In this document: positions 37,496 to 48,093 of the stretch, piece after piece
Position numbering within the stretch: the first letter of the stretch is position 1
How the letters are laid out: the number at the start of each line of letters is the position of its first letter
NCBI GenBank assembly: GCA_040776945.1
Contig: JAXGZN010000002.1
Location: 864,001 to 928,000, forward strand
Reading direction: 5' to 3'
Source: Methanomassiliicoccaceae archaeon
GTDB taxonomy: Archaea > Thermoplasmatota > Thermoplasmata > Methanomassiliicoccales > Methanomassiliicoccaceae
Length of the DNA stretch: 64,000 nt
The notes under the pieces: model-generated
What the model saw: only the letters and a program-made list of their open reading frames with translations
Database searches by the model: none
Told to the model about the DNA's origin: nothing
Translations under genes and position numbers: made by a program

Positions 37496-38131
37496 TCAGC
37501 CGCCTCGAGCCGCGGCCAGTTCCTTGGTCTTCCTTATGCCCTCGGCAAGGCGGTCCACGCTCCCTGACCGGGTATCGTGAGGCAGCTTGAGCTGGGCGGC
37601 GAACTCTCGCGAAAGGGCCTCGCACCTTTCCCTGTCCCCTATGCCGGTATCGATGTACAAGCACCTTCGATAGGCGTCGAAGATCATGTCCACGAAGTAC
37701 ATGGGGTCATAGCCCTGGTCCACCATGCTGTCCAGGTGCAGTTCCTTGATCACCGCGGCCATCCCTTGCTCGGCCCATCCGGGAGAGGAGAACCAAGTAC
37801 CTGTGCATATTCCCTTCTCCCGGGCATACTCCACCGGCCCCAGCAGCACCGATATGCAATCGTCCCCTTCCAGCATGACGCTCGGTACGCTGACCTCCTG
37901 CGGGATCCCTGATAGTTTCTGACAGGTTGCGTAGCCGACGAATACTGCGTCGACCTTTCCGGCCAAGGCGTTTATCTTCTCGATGACCGTTCGCCTCATC
38001 TCCTCTGGATAGACGTGGAGCGCAAACTCCAAGTACTCCTTGTGCACGATGTCCTCGTCTCCCTGGGTTATGAACTCGATCTCCTGCTTGAAGATGTCGC
38101 AAGCTACAATGCCTATCCTCATGTCCGGCAC
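37496..38131 (-). CDS. DUF1638 family protein
   Basis: IVAC, ALHVYP, GYATC, DDCISVLLG, YIDTG. Confidence 0.8.
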   Translation of the reverse strand: MPDMRIGIVACDIFKQEIEFITQGDEDIVHKEYLEFALHVYPEEMRRTVIEKINALAGKVDAVFVGYATCQKLSGIPQEVSVPSVMLEGDDCISVLLGPVEYAREKGICTGTWFSSPGWAEQGMAAVIKELHLDSMVDQGYDPMYFVDMIFDAYRRCLYIDTGIGDRERCEALSREFAAQLKLPHDTRSGSVDRLAEGIRKTKELAAARGG

Positions 38132-38205
38132 AAGGCATCTAGAGGGGCGCGAACATAGTTAGTATCTTGCATCGTCAGTTCGCATCCCCCCGGACAACCG
38201 GGGAC

Positions 38206-38634
38206 CTACTTGTTCTCCTTGTCCTCGGCCACCGAGATGAAGAAGTCGTGGTGCTCCTCTTCCTCCTCAAGGATGCCTTCCATGATGACCCTGGTAGTTA
38301 TGTCCCCCTCTTCCTCGGCCTGCTTTATTATCTCCCTGTACAGTTTGATGGCGGCCTCTTCCGCTTCAGTATCCAGCTTGACCATTTCCCAAAGGTTCTC
38401 TCCAACGATTACTGGGGCCGGCTTGACGGTGGGCTTCTCCCCGAGGTACCAAAGGCGCTCAGCGATCTTCTCGGCATGCTTCATCTCCTGAACAGCGATG
38501 TCCTCCAGTTGTTCGGAGACCGCGAAGTGCTTGACCCCGCTCCATTGTACATGCTGCCACATATACTGTATCGAGACCTGGATCTCCATCGAGATGGCCT
38601 GGTTCATCATTTGCTTCAGCTTGTCCGATGCCAT
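38206..38634 (-). CDS. Ferritin-like / bacterioferritin-type protein
   Basis: E..SIQY, EMKH, E...IKLY, EEEHH di-iron motifs. Confidence 0.9.
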   Translation of the reverse strand: MASDKLKQMMNQAISMEIQVSIQYMWQHVQWSGVKHFAVSEQLEDIAVQEMKHAEKIAERLWYLGEKPTVKPAPVIVGENLWEMVKLDTEAEEAAIKLYREIIKQAEEEGDITTRVIMEGILEEEEEHHDFFISVAEDKENK

Positions 38635-39297
38635 GTTATCCCTCTTGATTCCTGTTCCTTAGAACGGATTTTTCATTGGCCACTAGAGAGATATTATACT
38701 TTGTCAACTGGCCCAGAGCGGCCTTGAGGCCGTGGCCATCACATCCTTCCTGTTACGTTCATGTCGATGCGGCCGCTCCATCGCTTGGGAGCTATCGTGC
38801 CCCATCGCTTGCTCTAAATGTGCGGTCGTTGGAAGGCCCTTCGGCCATACCCCGGTCACGCAGTGATGCTCGGGGTCGGGCCTCGGACCTCGTCGATCGA
38901 CCGGACCGTCACAAGGGCGGAAAGGCCGTTGGCCGCCTGACCCCTGGAAGCATGCATGGAGGAGGCTCGCCGTTCTAAGAGGGCTGCGGACCCGAAGGAC
39001 CCGGAGAAGGCACGCCGATGCATCTCCTGCCGGAGTCCTGGGCATGATAATGCCGGCGATCGTCGCTATCGGTGCATGGTCGCCGTCGCTTGATCTCTTT
39101 CCCGGCAAGATATCTCCAAGGCCGTTGCCCCGGCCTATGGGTTGGCCGATGGGAGCGCGCCCACCGCATTGGTGGAACGACCGGCCTCGAAATGTGCAGT
39201 TGAGGACGCTGGGGGGGGTCATCGAATGCTTCCTCTCCCGCTGGACGGCGCTATAAGGGTGAGAAAGTAATAATCACCCTACTTCGGTACAGGGTGC

Positions 39298-39888
39298 GTG
39301 AACACCAACCCCATATCCCCTCGAGCAGGGGCCGTCGCTGGCATCATCGGCTCGATCGCCTTCGCATCACTATGGATGGCCGCGGCATATCTGGATGGTA
39401 ACTGGGTCCTGGGGAAGATGACCCTCAGCGAGTTGGGCGGGAGCGGACGCCCTGGCGCGCTGCTGTTCGACCTCGGGGCCATGATCGCGGGGGCGGCGTC
39501 GCTGATCTTCTCAGCGGGACTGTACCGCGTTCTCTCCACCAGCGCACTAGGGCGCGTCGGCTCGGCGACGCTTGCGCTCGCTTCGGTCCTTCTCATTGGA
39601 GTGGGGGTGTTCCCAATAGACACTGGGGCCCCTCACACCTTTACGTCTTTATCCTTCTTTTTCCTTAGCGCGGTGGCCATGGCCGTCCTTATAGTTCCTG
39701 TATGGAGGAGCCATGTGCTGCACGGTAGCGGCGGGCTGCTGACCGCGGTCATGCTGCTCGTCTCGCTGACAGGCGTCGCGACCCTCGAGGTCCCGGCAGC
39801 AGAGGCCCTGGCAGTAGGTTGTTTGCTGCTTTGGACCGTTCTGATCGGGATCAGGGTGCTCTGGCATCATCCAGGGGCGCGATCATAG
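39298..39888 (+). CDS. DUF998-type membrane protein
   Basis: LSELG, GVGVFP, H motifs and multiple TM helices. Confidence 0.75.
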   Translation: MNTNPISPRAGAVAGIIGSIAFASLWMAAAYLDGNWVLGKMTLSELGGSGRPGALLFDLGAMIAGAASLIFSAGLYRVLSTSALGRVGSATLALASVLLIGVGVFPIDTGAPHTFTSLSFFFLSAVAMAVLIVPVWRSHVLHGSGGLLTAVMLLVSLTGVATLEVPAAEALAVGCLLLWTVLIGIRVLWHHPGARS

Positions 39889-40956
39889 TTTGCCCCGGTA
39901 GCGGAACGCGATATTGCAGCCGCCCTCCCTGGAGACCATGCATGGGCCCATCGGATATCGGGGAGTGCACGCCTTGCCGAAGGCGGGACACTCATGCGAT
40001 TCGATGAGCCCCCTGAGCACTTCGCCGCACCGGCAGCCTCTGTGCTCCTCTCTCACCGGAGCACGGGCATCCAAGATGTCCTGGTGCACCTTACGTGCAT
40101 TGTGGGCATCGAACTCGTCCCGGAGCTCGTATGCGCTCTGAGGGATGACCGGGAACCCTCTCCAGGCCCGGTCGACCGGCCTGAACACCTGCTCCAGCAG
40201 CCTGATGGCCTTTGGGTTGCCCTCCCTCTTCACCAACCGTCCGTACTCGTTCTCCACTTCGGCCCGTCCTTCCTTGATCTGCTTTACCAGCATGTGAACC
40301 GCCATCAATAGGTCCAGGGGCTCGAAGCCGGCGACCACTTGGGGCACCTTGTACTTGGTGGAGAAGACGCGGTACGGCTCCACTCCGATGATGGCGCTGA
40401 CATGACCGGGCTCTATCAGCCCGTCGATCTTGAACTCCCCCATGTTGATTATTGCGTGCAGTGCCGGCGGCAGAAGGCGATGGCACGAGTATACGGAGAA
40501 GTTATCCGGCAAATTCTCCACCATGACCGCAGCGGTTGTAGGGCTGGTGGTCTCGAACCCTATGCCCATGAACACCATGTCCTTAACCTCTGCGGCCATG
40601 CGGACGGCGTCCTCAACCGAGTAAACGACCCGCACGTCGCGTCCCCTGGCCTTCGCGTCGCCGAGCGAACCGTTGGGAGTGGGCACCTTCAGCATGTCCC
40701 CGAAGACGGCGATGGTGCACCCAGCGTCCGCCAGTGCGATGGCGTCAGCGACCTCGGAGGTGGTGGTCACGCATACTGGGCACCCGGGACCTTGCCGGAT
40801 CTCCACGCCCACGTCCTTCAGCAGAGGCTCCAGGCCGAACCGGACCAAAGTGTCCTGATGAGTGCCGCATACGTGCATGAACCTAAGGTCCACGTCATAT
40901 CTCCGGATCGTTTCCAATATCCTTTGCGCCGCCTCTTCGTCCCTAAGCCGGAACAT
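39883..40956 (-). CDS. hypD: Hydrogenase maturation protein HypD
   Basis: MHVCGTH, GPGCPVC, GFETT, PGHVS, GPCMVSREGGC. Confidence 0.96.
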   Translation of the reverse strand: MFRLRDEEAAQRILETIRRYDVDLRFMHVCGTHQDTLVRFGLEPLLKDVGVEIRQGPGCPVCVTTTSEVADAIALADAGCTIAVFGDMLKVPTPNGSLGDAKARGRDVRVVYSVEDAVRMAAEVKDMVFMGIGFETTSPTTAAVMVENLPDNFSVYSCHRLLPPALHAIINMGEFKIDGLIEPGHVSAIIGVEPYRVFSTKYKVPQVVAGFEPLDLLMAVHMLVKQIKEGRAEVENEYGRLVKREGNPKAIRLLEQVFRPVDRAWRGFPVIPQSAYELRDEFDAHNARKVHQDILDARAPVREEHRGCRCGEVLRGLIESHECPAFGKACTPRYPMGPCMVSREGGCNIAFRYRGKL

Positions 40957-41329
40957 CTTCCTCCACCACCCTAATAGACCGGACCGTGCAGCTTTTACCT
41001 TTCAGGACCTCGGCCCTTGCTCCGCATTGCGGGCAGTTAAGGGTCGGAACGTTCGATAGGTACATGTCATCCTGATAGTACTCCGCATCGCCCTTATAAC
41101 CGCACGAGGGGCAGCGGACCTCAACGCCCTCATGCTCCACGACCAGGTTGGAGCCTTCCAATATCGTCCCGCGGGTCAAGATCTCGAACGCGAACCTGAG
41201 CTGGTCCTCGCCAAGATAGGTGAGGTCCCCGATCGTGAGGAGCACTTCCTCCACCTTCTCCACCTTGCGGTCCTTTATCTCATCCAAGATAGCTTCCAGG
41301 ATGCTGGTCATGACCCCGACCTCGTGCAT
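40943..41329 (-). CDS. hypA: Hydrogenase nickel chaperone HypA
   Basis: MHE start, CPSC, CPQC; overlaps the hypD start. Confidence 0.93.
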   Translation of the reverse strand: MHEVGVMTSILEAILDEIKDRKVEKVEEVLLTIGDLTYLGEDQLRFAFEILTRGTILEGSNLVVEHEGVEVRCPSCGYKGDAEYYQDDMYLSNVPTLNCPQCGARAEVLKGKSCTVRSIRVVEEDVPA

Positions 41330-41435
41330 CGTCCCGACCAACGGAGGCCAACTAGATAAAGCACACGCCAGATGCCACGACCGTCCCGCGGACCCCATGC
41401 GCGGTGGGTTGATATAACTCCCTGAAGATACGATC

Positions 41436-41732
41436 ATGTTCCCAATGGCCACCGAGGAGAGGTCCCGAAAAGAGCTTACGCTGGAGTCCATAGTGGAAGG
41501 CAAGAAGTTGGAGGCCTACGTGGAGCACCGTACCCGGGACATGCACGCCTGCGCCATTTGCGGCGGGATCGGCTACAAGAAGCGGCCGATGAGGTGCGTC
41601 GGAGGACGCTGGTTCTGCATGGACTGCGTCCGCCAGCTCAAGGACCTGATGGAAGGGCTGGACCGATGGGAGGCCGAGGCGAAGCTGGAGCATGAGCTTT
41701 CGAAGAAGATGGACGAGGGTCTGGGCCTCTAG
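41436..41732 (+). CDS. Zn-finger hypothetical protein
   Basis: CAIC...CMDC plus helical tail. Confidence 0.7.
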   Translation: MFPMATEERSRKELTLESIVEGKKLEAYVEHRTRDMHACAICGGIGYKKRPMRCVGGRWFCMDCVRQLKDLMEGLDRWEAEAKLEHELSKKMDEGLGL

Positions 41733-42391
41733 TCCTTGACGCTCTCTAGATAGAGGTCGCAGAACTCGGTCACCGGGCATATGCAATGCTTCGGACGCTG
41801 AGGGGTGCATACCTCCTGTCCGAACCGGACCATTATCTCGTTGACCGATCTCCATCTATCCTTGGGAACTACCGCCATCAGTTGCTCCTCGGTCCCATCC
41901 GGCGTGGCGCTCCTCACAAGACCGATGCGGTTGGAGATGCGGTGGACATGGGTGTCCACGCAGATGACGTCCTTCTCGAACGCGTAGGCAAGGACACAGT
42001 TGGCGGTCTTCCGTCCGACCATGGGTAGCGCCATAAGGCCCTCGATTGTGTCCGGGACGCGATCGTCCAGTTCCTGGTGCACGATCCTCGCGATCTCCCT
42101 TATGGCCTTGGTCTTGCCGCGATGGAAGTTCACGTTCCGTATCAGCTCATCGATCTCGTCCTCCGGGGCGGCCATAAGCTTGGCCGGATCATCATACCGC
42201 GAGAACAGTCTCTCTGAAGCGGCATAGGTGCTTTCATCCCGGTTGCGCTGAGAGAGCACCGTGGCCACCAGCATGGTGAAGGGAGTGGCGCGCCAGGACG
42301 GCTCCTGTCCAGGGGCCGAGCCTGGCGAGGCTTTGTCCGAGGTGCAACGCTCCAGGCGGTCCAGGATCTCATCTATCGGCTTTCCTTCCAT
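41729..42391 (-). CDS. nth: Endonuclease III
   Basis: LVATVLSQ, LPMVGRKTA (HhH), VDTHVHRISNR, C-terminal Fe-S Cys cluster. Confidence 0.93.
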   Translation of the reverse strand: MEGKPIDEILDRLERCTSDKASPGSAPGQEPSWRATPFTMLVATVLSQRNRDESTYAASERLFSRYDDPAKLMAAPEDEIDELIRNVNFHRGKTKAIREIARIVHQELDDRVPDTIEGLMALPMVGRKTANCVLAYAFEKDVICVDTHVHRISNRIGLVRSATPDGTEEQLMAVVPKDRWRSVNEIMVRFGQEVCTPQRPKHCICPVTEFCDLYLESVKD

Positions 42392-43697
42392 CCAACCACC
42401 TGTATGCCTCTCCGACGGTAAAGAGCGAGCCGGTGACCAATATGGTCTCTCCGGCCGCGGCAAGTTCGATAGCCCGGTCCATTGCGCGCGGGACCTCCGG
42501 GACCACCTCCACCGTGCTGCAGTAACGGCCCAGCGCCCTGGCGGTCGCGACCGGGGGGAACGCCCGCGGGGTCGCCGGAGCGGTGGCCACAGCTACCTTG
42601 GCCAGCTTACCGAAGTTGGATGCTATCCCATCCAGGTCCTTATCGTCGAGCACGCCCATGACCAGAACGACATCTTCGCCTATGAGCCTCCTGACCTCAG
42701 AGGCCACCTCCCTTGACCCGTCCGGGGTGTGGGTCACGTCGAACATGATGGGGGGCGCGGAGGACACCATCTCCATCCTTCCAGGCCATCGTACCTTGAG
42801 GAGCCCTCCGGCTATGGCCTCGTCGGAGATGTATACCCCCCGCCTCATGAGCTCGGCGATCAGGCTGCAGGCGATAGCGCAGTTGGCGCCCTGATATCGG
42901 CCTACAAGAGGGGTCCGGACGGTCATGTCCAGTTCCTCGACTCGCACCTCGGTGCCTTCCAGCGTGGAGCTCACGATCTCAAAAGCGACGTCACGCCCGA
43001 CCACTTTGAACGGGGCGTGCCTCTCAATGGCAACGCGCTGAAGCGATCTGACGACCTCGCTGTCCTGGTCCATCGTGATGACCGGAACCCCCGTCTTGAT
43101 GATGCCCGCTTTCTCCAAGGCGATCGCCTCAAGAGTGTCGCCCAAGTATCTGGTGTGCTCGAGCCCGATCCGGGTGATGGCGCAGCAGTCCGGCTCGATC
43201 ACGTTGGTCGCGTCCAGCCTACCGCCCATGCCTACCTCCACAACTGCCTCCTCGACCCCCGAGTCGGCGAAGTGGACGAAGGCCATGGCTGTCGCAAGTT
43301 CAAAGAAAGTGGGCCGTTCCTCTGGAAGGCCGGAGCCCTCGACGATCTCCCGGACCTCCTCGATGAGCCGGAGCAGCTCCTTACGGAGTATGCACTGGCC
43401 ATCGACCCTGATCCGTTCCCGGAAATCGACCAGGTGGGGCGAGGTGTACAGTCCCGTGACGTACCCTGCCTCCTGCAGCACTGATGCCGTCATCGCACTG
43501 ACCGACCCTTTACCGTTGCTCCCGGCGATGTGCACCGAACGGAACCGGCGATGGGGATCTCCCAGCTTGCCGAGGAGCTTGGATATATTACCGAGGCCGA
43601 ACTTGATGCCCATGGTCTCTCGGCCGTACAGCCAGGAGAGCGCATCCTCATATTCCACGCCCGCCCATAGCCTCCTTGGCTTAACTATGTTGCTCAT
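42369..43697 (-). CDS. folC: Folylpolyglutamate/dihydrofolate synthase
   Basis: HIAGSNGKGS, YTSPHL, EVGMGGRLDATN, EKAGIIK, WPGR, TGSLF; start uncertain. Confidence 0.92.
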   Translation of the reverse strand: MSNIVKPRRLWAGVEYEDALSWLYGRETMGIKFGLGNISKLLGKLGDPHRRFRSVHIAGSNGKGSVSAMTASVLQEAGYVTGLYTSPHLVDFRERIRVDGQCILRKELLRLIEEVREIVEGSGLPEERPTFFELATAMAFVHFADSGVEEAVVEVGMGGRLDATNVIEPDCCAITRIGLEHTRYLGDTLEAIALEKAGIIKTGVPVITMDQDSEVVRSLQRVAIERHAPFKVVGRDVAFEIVSSTLEGTEVRVEELDMTVRTPLVGRYQGANCAIACSLIAELMRRGVYISDEAIAGGLLKVRWPGRMEMVSSAPPIMFDVTHTPDGSREVASEVRRLIGEDVVLVMGVLDDKDLDGIASNFGKLAKVAVATAPATPRAFPPVATARALGRYCSTVEVVPEVPRAMDRAIELAAAGETILVTGSLFTVGEAYRWLDGRKADR

Positions 43698-44457
43698 GGG
43701 CAAGGCTGATAAGATATCCCTCAATGGTCAGCTTCTCCCTTCTCGCCTCCGACCTGATTACCTTCATGAGCCCGGAGCCGTATTGGGCCGCCTTCTTCTC
43801 TCTTGATGCGATGAGTTCGCCTCCCAGGGAACGGGCCGCGGACCTCAGGGGGACCTTTCTCACACTCCCCTGGACCTTATCAGAGACCGGCATCGAGGCC
43901 GCGATCTTCCTCACCCGCGGATAGAGGAAAGGGCGCTCCACGCACTTGCCGTACCTTGAGGCGATGGCGTCCTCCAATGGGACGGTCCGTTCGAGCAGTT
44001 CGACCAGGTCTTCAGACATGGACCTATGGGCATCCTCCGGGGCCATCCCTTGATAGCGGGAGTAACCGCCGAACAGCTCGTCGGCCCCTTGTCCGCTGAT
44101 CAGCGTACCCTCCTCGGCCCGGGAGGCCACAATATGGAGCGGCAGCTCGAAGGATAGAACGATAGGGCTCGTAATATTGACGTTCCTCAGGAGCTCGCGG
44201 CAGGCATCGACCACGTCGTTGGGCGTCATGACCAGGGGCGACCATGGGAGCCCAAGGGATCTGGAGGCCTCCTCGCTCATCAGCATGTCATGTGACCCTT
44301 CCAGCCCCACGGTGTATAAGTGGGGAAGGCCATGCCTCCTGGCCAGGAGCGCGAGTAGCCCGCTGTCGAGGCCCCCTGAGAACATGATGGCCACCGGTCC
44401 CCTCGCCATTATTCCTTCCATTGCGTCATCAAGGGCTTCCAGGAGAGTGCCGGACAT
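43681..44457 (-). CDS. Asparagine synthase C-terminal-domain protein
   Basis: FSGGLDS, SGQGADELFGGY, RPFL, KKAAQYGSG; no glutaminase domain. Confidence 0.85.
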   Translation of the reverse strand: MSGTLLEALDDAMEGIMARGPVAIMFSGGLDSGLLALLARRHGLPHLYTVGLEGSHDMLMSEEASRSLGLPWSPLVMTPNDVVDACRELLRNVNITSPIVLSFELPLHIVASRAEEGTLISGQGADELFGGYSRYQGMAPEDAHRSMSEDLVELLERTVPLEDAIASRYGKCVERPFLYPRVRKIAASMPVSDKVQGSVRKVPLRSAARSLGGELIASREKKAAQYGSGLMKVIRSEARREKLTIEGYLISLAHEQHS

Positions 44458-44544
44458 GCGATGGTCCCGTCCTCCGCGTTGGCGGTGGATGACCGGAACC
44501 ATCTCCATGTTTTTAATACCGGCCTCGACAATTGGCCGAGCGCC

Positions 44545-44997
44545 ATGGACAAGGTGACCCGTATAGGTATTTCGCTCGAACCGGAGCTGCTGAAAGAGTT
44601 CGACGACCTTGTGGCGGGTAAGGGATACACCAACCGCTCCGAGGCCATCAGGGACATCATACGGTCCGCGCTCACCGATGAGCGTTGGAAGGACAGCGAG
44701 GCCGAGGTCGTGGGCACGATCACCATCGTCTACGATCACACCAGGGGCGCTGTTCAGGACCGCCTCATGGAGATACAGCACGGTCATCATACGAACATCG
44801 CCAGCACCATACACATCCACTTGAGCACTGAACAATGCCTCGAGGTGCTGATAGTGTGGGGCAAGGTCAAGGAGGTGCAGCACCTCGCTGACGAGGTGAT
44901 CGCGGTCAAAGGGGTCAACTTCGGAAAATTGACCATGACCTCGGGGTCCATCGATCGCCATCCTCACGAGCCCCCATATCCTCATCGGCATTACTAG
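44545..44997 (+). CDS. nikR: Nickel-responsive regulator NikR
   Basis: RIGISL, GYTNRSEAIRD, YDH, HIHL...CLE. Confidence 0.95.
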   Translation: MDKVTRIGISLEPELLKEFDDLVAGKGYTNRSEAIRDIIRSALTDERWKDSEAEVVGTITIVYDHTRGAVQDRLMEIQHGHHTNIASTIHIHLSTEQCLEVLIVWGKVKEVQHLADEVIAVKGVNFGKLTMTSGSIDRHPHEPPYPHRHY

Positions 44998-45073
44998 CCA
45001 GTCTTCCAAGCGTTCGGACGCGGACAGCTCAAAGGACATATTTTTTATACTCCATGCCCTTTGGTCGAGGGCC

Positions 45074-47515
45074 ATGAGCAGGCTCATCATCTCAGAGAAG
45101 AGCGATGCCGCGGCCAGGATCGCTACGATCCTATCAAGGGGCGGCTCCAAGAGGACCAGCGTCAATAAGGTGCCGGTCTTCCAGTTCGAGGACGATGGCG
45201 GGCCAGTGCATGTCGTAGGTCTGAGGGGCCACATCATCGAGCTGGACTACCCTCCGGCCATGAACGATTGGAGAGGGGTCGCTCTCGCGGACCTCATCAA
45301 GGCTGAACCGGAGAAGCGCATCACCGCTCACAATATCGTATCCACCCTCCGGGACATATCCAAGGACGTCGAGGAAGTGGTCATCGCCACTGACTTCGAC
45401 CGTGAGGGAGAGCTCATCGGCCTGGAAACGGCCAGGTTATTGGACCTGAGCGGGAAGAGGGTCAGCAGGGCCAGGTTCAGCGCGTTCACCCGGCAGGAGA
45501 TCGATACCGCTTTCTCGTCCCTCACCGCGCCCGACGAAAGACTGGCCGACTCTGCGGAGTGCCGACAGAAGATCGACCTGGCATGGGGCGCGGTGCTCAC
45601 CCGGTTCATCTCCCTTGCGTCCAACCAAGGAGGAAGCAACTTCCTGTCTGTGGGCAGGGTGCAGAGCCCCACCCTCGCCCTGGTTGTCGCCAAGCACAAT
45701 GCCATCGAGGATTTCGTCCCCCAACCCTACTGGAACGTCACCGCACGGTTCGAGAAGGGCACTGAGTTCACAGGGCAGCATGTGAACAATCCCTTCCGTG
45801 ATGAGTCCAAGGCCGCCGAGGCCCTGGCCTCCTGCAAGGGGCAAGACCGGGGAAAGGTCACCAGGTACGAGAGGAGCGAGAAGGACGAGTATCCCCTGCC
45901 GCCGTTCAATACCACCATGATGCTGACGGAGGCCAATAAGCTAGGGTTCACCGCCGCGAGGGCGATGAAGGTCGCTGAGGACCTCTATACAGCAGGGTAC
46001 ATCTCGTACCCCAGGACTGACAATACCGTCTATCCGACCTCTCTGGGCCTTAGGCGCATACTGGAGAAGCTCAAAGAGTCGGAGGACCTTAGGAAGGATG
46101 CCGAGGAGCTTCTGCAGCAAGAGCACATACGGCCGTCCAGAGGGAAGGTGCAGACCACCGACCACCCTCCGATCTATCCAACGGAAGGGGCCACCAGCAA
46201 GAAGCTGAAGGGCGAGAAATGGGCGATCTATGAGCTTGTCGCCAGAAGGTTCATGGCCACCGTCGCGCCGCCAGCCAAGGCCCAGTTGTCCAGCGCTTCT
46301 GTGGACGTCAATGGTGAGACGTTCGATTCCAAGGGATACAAACTGCTATCCCCCGGTTGGAAGAAGTACTATCCCTACTTCAAGGTCAACGAGATCGACC
46401 TTCCCGAACTGGTCGTGGGCGAGGAGGTGGTCCTGAAGGACGTTGGGTCTGAAAAGAAGATGACGCAGCCCCCGGCGCGCTATTCTCAAGGCAGTCTCAT
46501 CCAAGAGATGGAGAGGCTGTCGCTGGGAACAAAATCCACCAGGCATGACATCATTCAAAAGCTGTACGACCGCAAGTACGTGGAAGGGAACGATCTAATA
46601 CCTACGGCAAGCGGCATCGCGGTAGCCGAGGCATTGAAGAGGCATGCCCAGATAGTAACAGACCCCAAGATGACCGCCCACCTGGAAAAGGACATGGATG
46701 ATATAGCCACCGGGAAGACCACCTTAGACGAGGTTGTCGTTGAGTCCCAGGACATGCTCTCGGACATCTTGGAGACCATGGAAAGGAACCGCGCGCAGAT
46801 AGGGGAGGAGATCAGGAAGGCCATCGAGGAGCAGCATTACATGGGCAAATGTCCTGATTGCGGGGCCGACCTCAAGGTCATCAGGGCCAAGTTCGGAAGG
46901 CCCTTCGTAGGCTGCTCCAACTATCCAGAGTGCAAGCGCATCTACCAGTACCCGCCGTCTGCCCTGGTCCAGCCGACCGGCGATATCTGCGAGAAGTGCG
47001 GCTCACCCATGGTGCGGGTCGTCCGCAGGGGTCAGCCCCCACAGGTACAATGCCTTGACCCTGGGTGCGAGAGCAACCGGGAAAGGACCGTGGCCGGGAC
47101 CTGCCCGAAGTGCGGCAAGGATCTCAGGGTCCTTTACTCGAGGGCGGGGAAGCGCTTCCTGGGATGCTCCGGATATCCGGAATGCAAGCAGACCTATCCG
47201 CTTCCTCAGCTGGGGAAGTTCACCGCCACCGGGGATATGTGCGAACAATGCGGAGCGCCCATATTGCAGATCTGGATGAGGGGACAGTCTTGGAAATCCT
47301 GCGCGGATATGGATTGCCCGTCCAAGGGGACCGATAAAAAGGAGAGCAAGAAGAAGGCCGCCCCCAAGAAGGGTCCTAGCGCCAAGACCTCCTCAAAAAA
47401 GACGAAGAGCGCTGGCGGTACCACCGGGTCGAAGCCCAAGAAGACGGGGGCTAAGAGGACGGCGGCCAAAAGTTCGGGGAGCCCGAGAGCGGACGCCGAG
47501 GCCGGCCCCGAGTGA
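45074..47515 (+). CDS. topA: DNA topoisomerase IA with C-terminal zinc ribbons and Lys-rich tail
   Basis: SEK, ATDFDREGE, SVGRVQSPTL, ISYPRTD, HPPIYPT, LGTKSTR. Confidence 0.96.
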   Translation: MSRLIISEKSDAAARIATILSRGGSKRTSVNKVPVFQFEDDGGPVHVVGLRGHIIELDYPPAMNDWRGVALADLIKAEPEKRITAHNIVSTLRDISKDVEEVVIATDFDREGELIGLETARLLDLSGKRVSRARFSAFTRQEIDTAFSSLTAPDERLADSAECRQKIDLAWGAVLTRFISLASNQGGSNFLSVGRVQSPTLALVVAKHNAIEDFVPQPYWNVTARFEKGTEFTGQHVNNPFRDESKAAEALASCKGQDRGKVTRYERSEKDEYPLPPFNTTMMLTEANKLGFTAARAMKVAEDLYTAGYISYPRTDNTVYPTSLGLRRILEKLKESEDLRKDAEELLQQEHIRPSRGKVQTTDHPPIYPTEGATSKKLKGEKWAIYELVARRFMATVAPPAKAQLSSASVDVNGETFDSKGYKLLSPGWKKYYPYFKVNEIDLPELVVGEEVVLKDVGSEKKMTQPPARYSQGSLIQEMERLSLGTKSTRHDIIQKLYDRKYVEGNDLIPTASGIAVAEALKRHAQIVTDPKMTAHLEKDMDDIATGKTTLDEVVVESQDMLSDILETMERNRAQIGEEIRKAIEEQHYMGKCPDCGADLKVIRAKFGRPFVGCSNYPECKRIYQYPPSALVQPTGDICEKCGSPMVRVVRRGQPPQVQCLDPGCESNRERTVAGTCPKCGKDLRVLYSRAGKRFLGCSGYPECKQTYPLPQLGKFTATGDMCEQCGAPILQIWMRGQSWKSCADMDCPSKGTDKKESKKKAAPKKGPSAKTSSKKTKSAGGTTGSKPKKTGAKRTAAKSSGSPRADAEAGPE

Positions 47516-48093
47516 TGTTGGCGGGCCCCTCATCACCTGCCTTTGGTCGTCTGTATCTGAGCACCTCGTCGGAATGGGCCTTCGCCACGTTCTCGGAGCG
47601 TTGCTGTAGGACGTGACCGTCAGTCCATCGTGCAACCATTATATCGTTGGCCATGTGAGAACGGGGTCATGAACCGCGAGGTGACCAAAGGGCGCTCGTC
47701 AGGCCTAAAGATGTCTGAACACTGGTTATCCGAGGACCTACCATTCCTTGTTCCCGCCGACCCGATCTATGAACATACTATTATCTCGAGAGCATCGGCG
47801 TCGATGGGTGGAGAGAGTATCTCGGCAAGGACGGAACGGCGGCCTTCTCTGTCGTGCGGGCTCATCGGACGATCCGCCAAGGGAACGGGGTCGACCCCTG
47901 GCCACTGTGCGAGCATCAACGATATGATGTCCGGTGATGCGGACATCGGGGCCGTGATGGGGTCCTGCAGTCTCGGAGCTGAGCTCGGGACGCCGGAGAC
48001 CTCCGGAGGCCCCGAGGACAAAGCTGGTAGCGCGCGAAAGGACGGTCCTTGCATCGGCGGGACGATGGGGCGTGCGGGGAACAGGTGAGCTGG

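Noticed and set aside
38700-39260. Several overlapping ORFs in the ferritin-DUF998 gap
   Set aside because: No recognisable motifs or consistent coding bias; left unassigned.
44458-45237. N-terminal half of the 518-aa ORF 43681..45237
   Set aside because: It is an antisense shadow of nikR and topA; the real gene starts near 44457.
47630-48088. 152-aa Gly/Ser-rich ORF downstream of topA
   Set aside because: Low complexity with no motif support; cannot be called from sequence alone.
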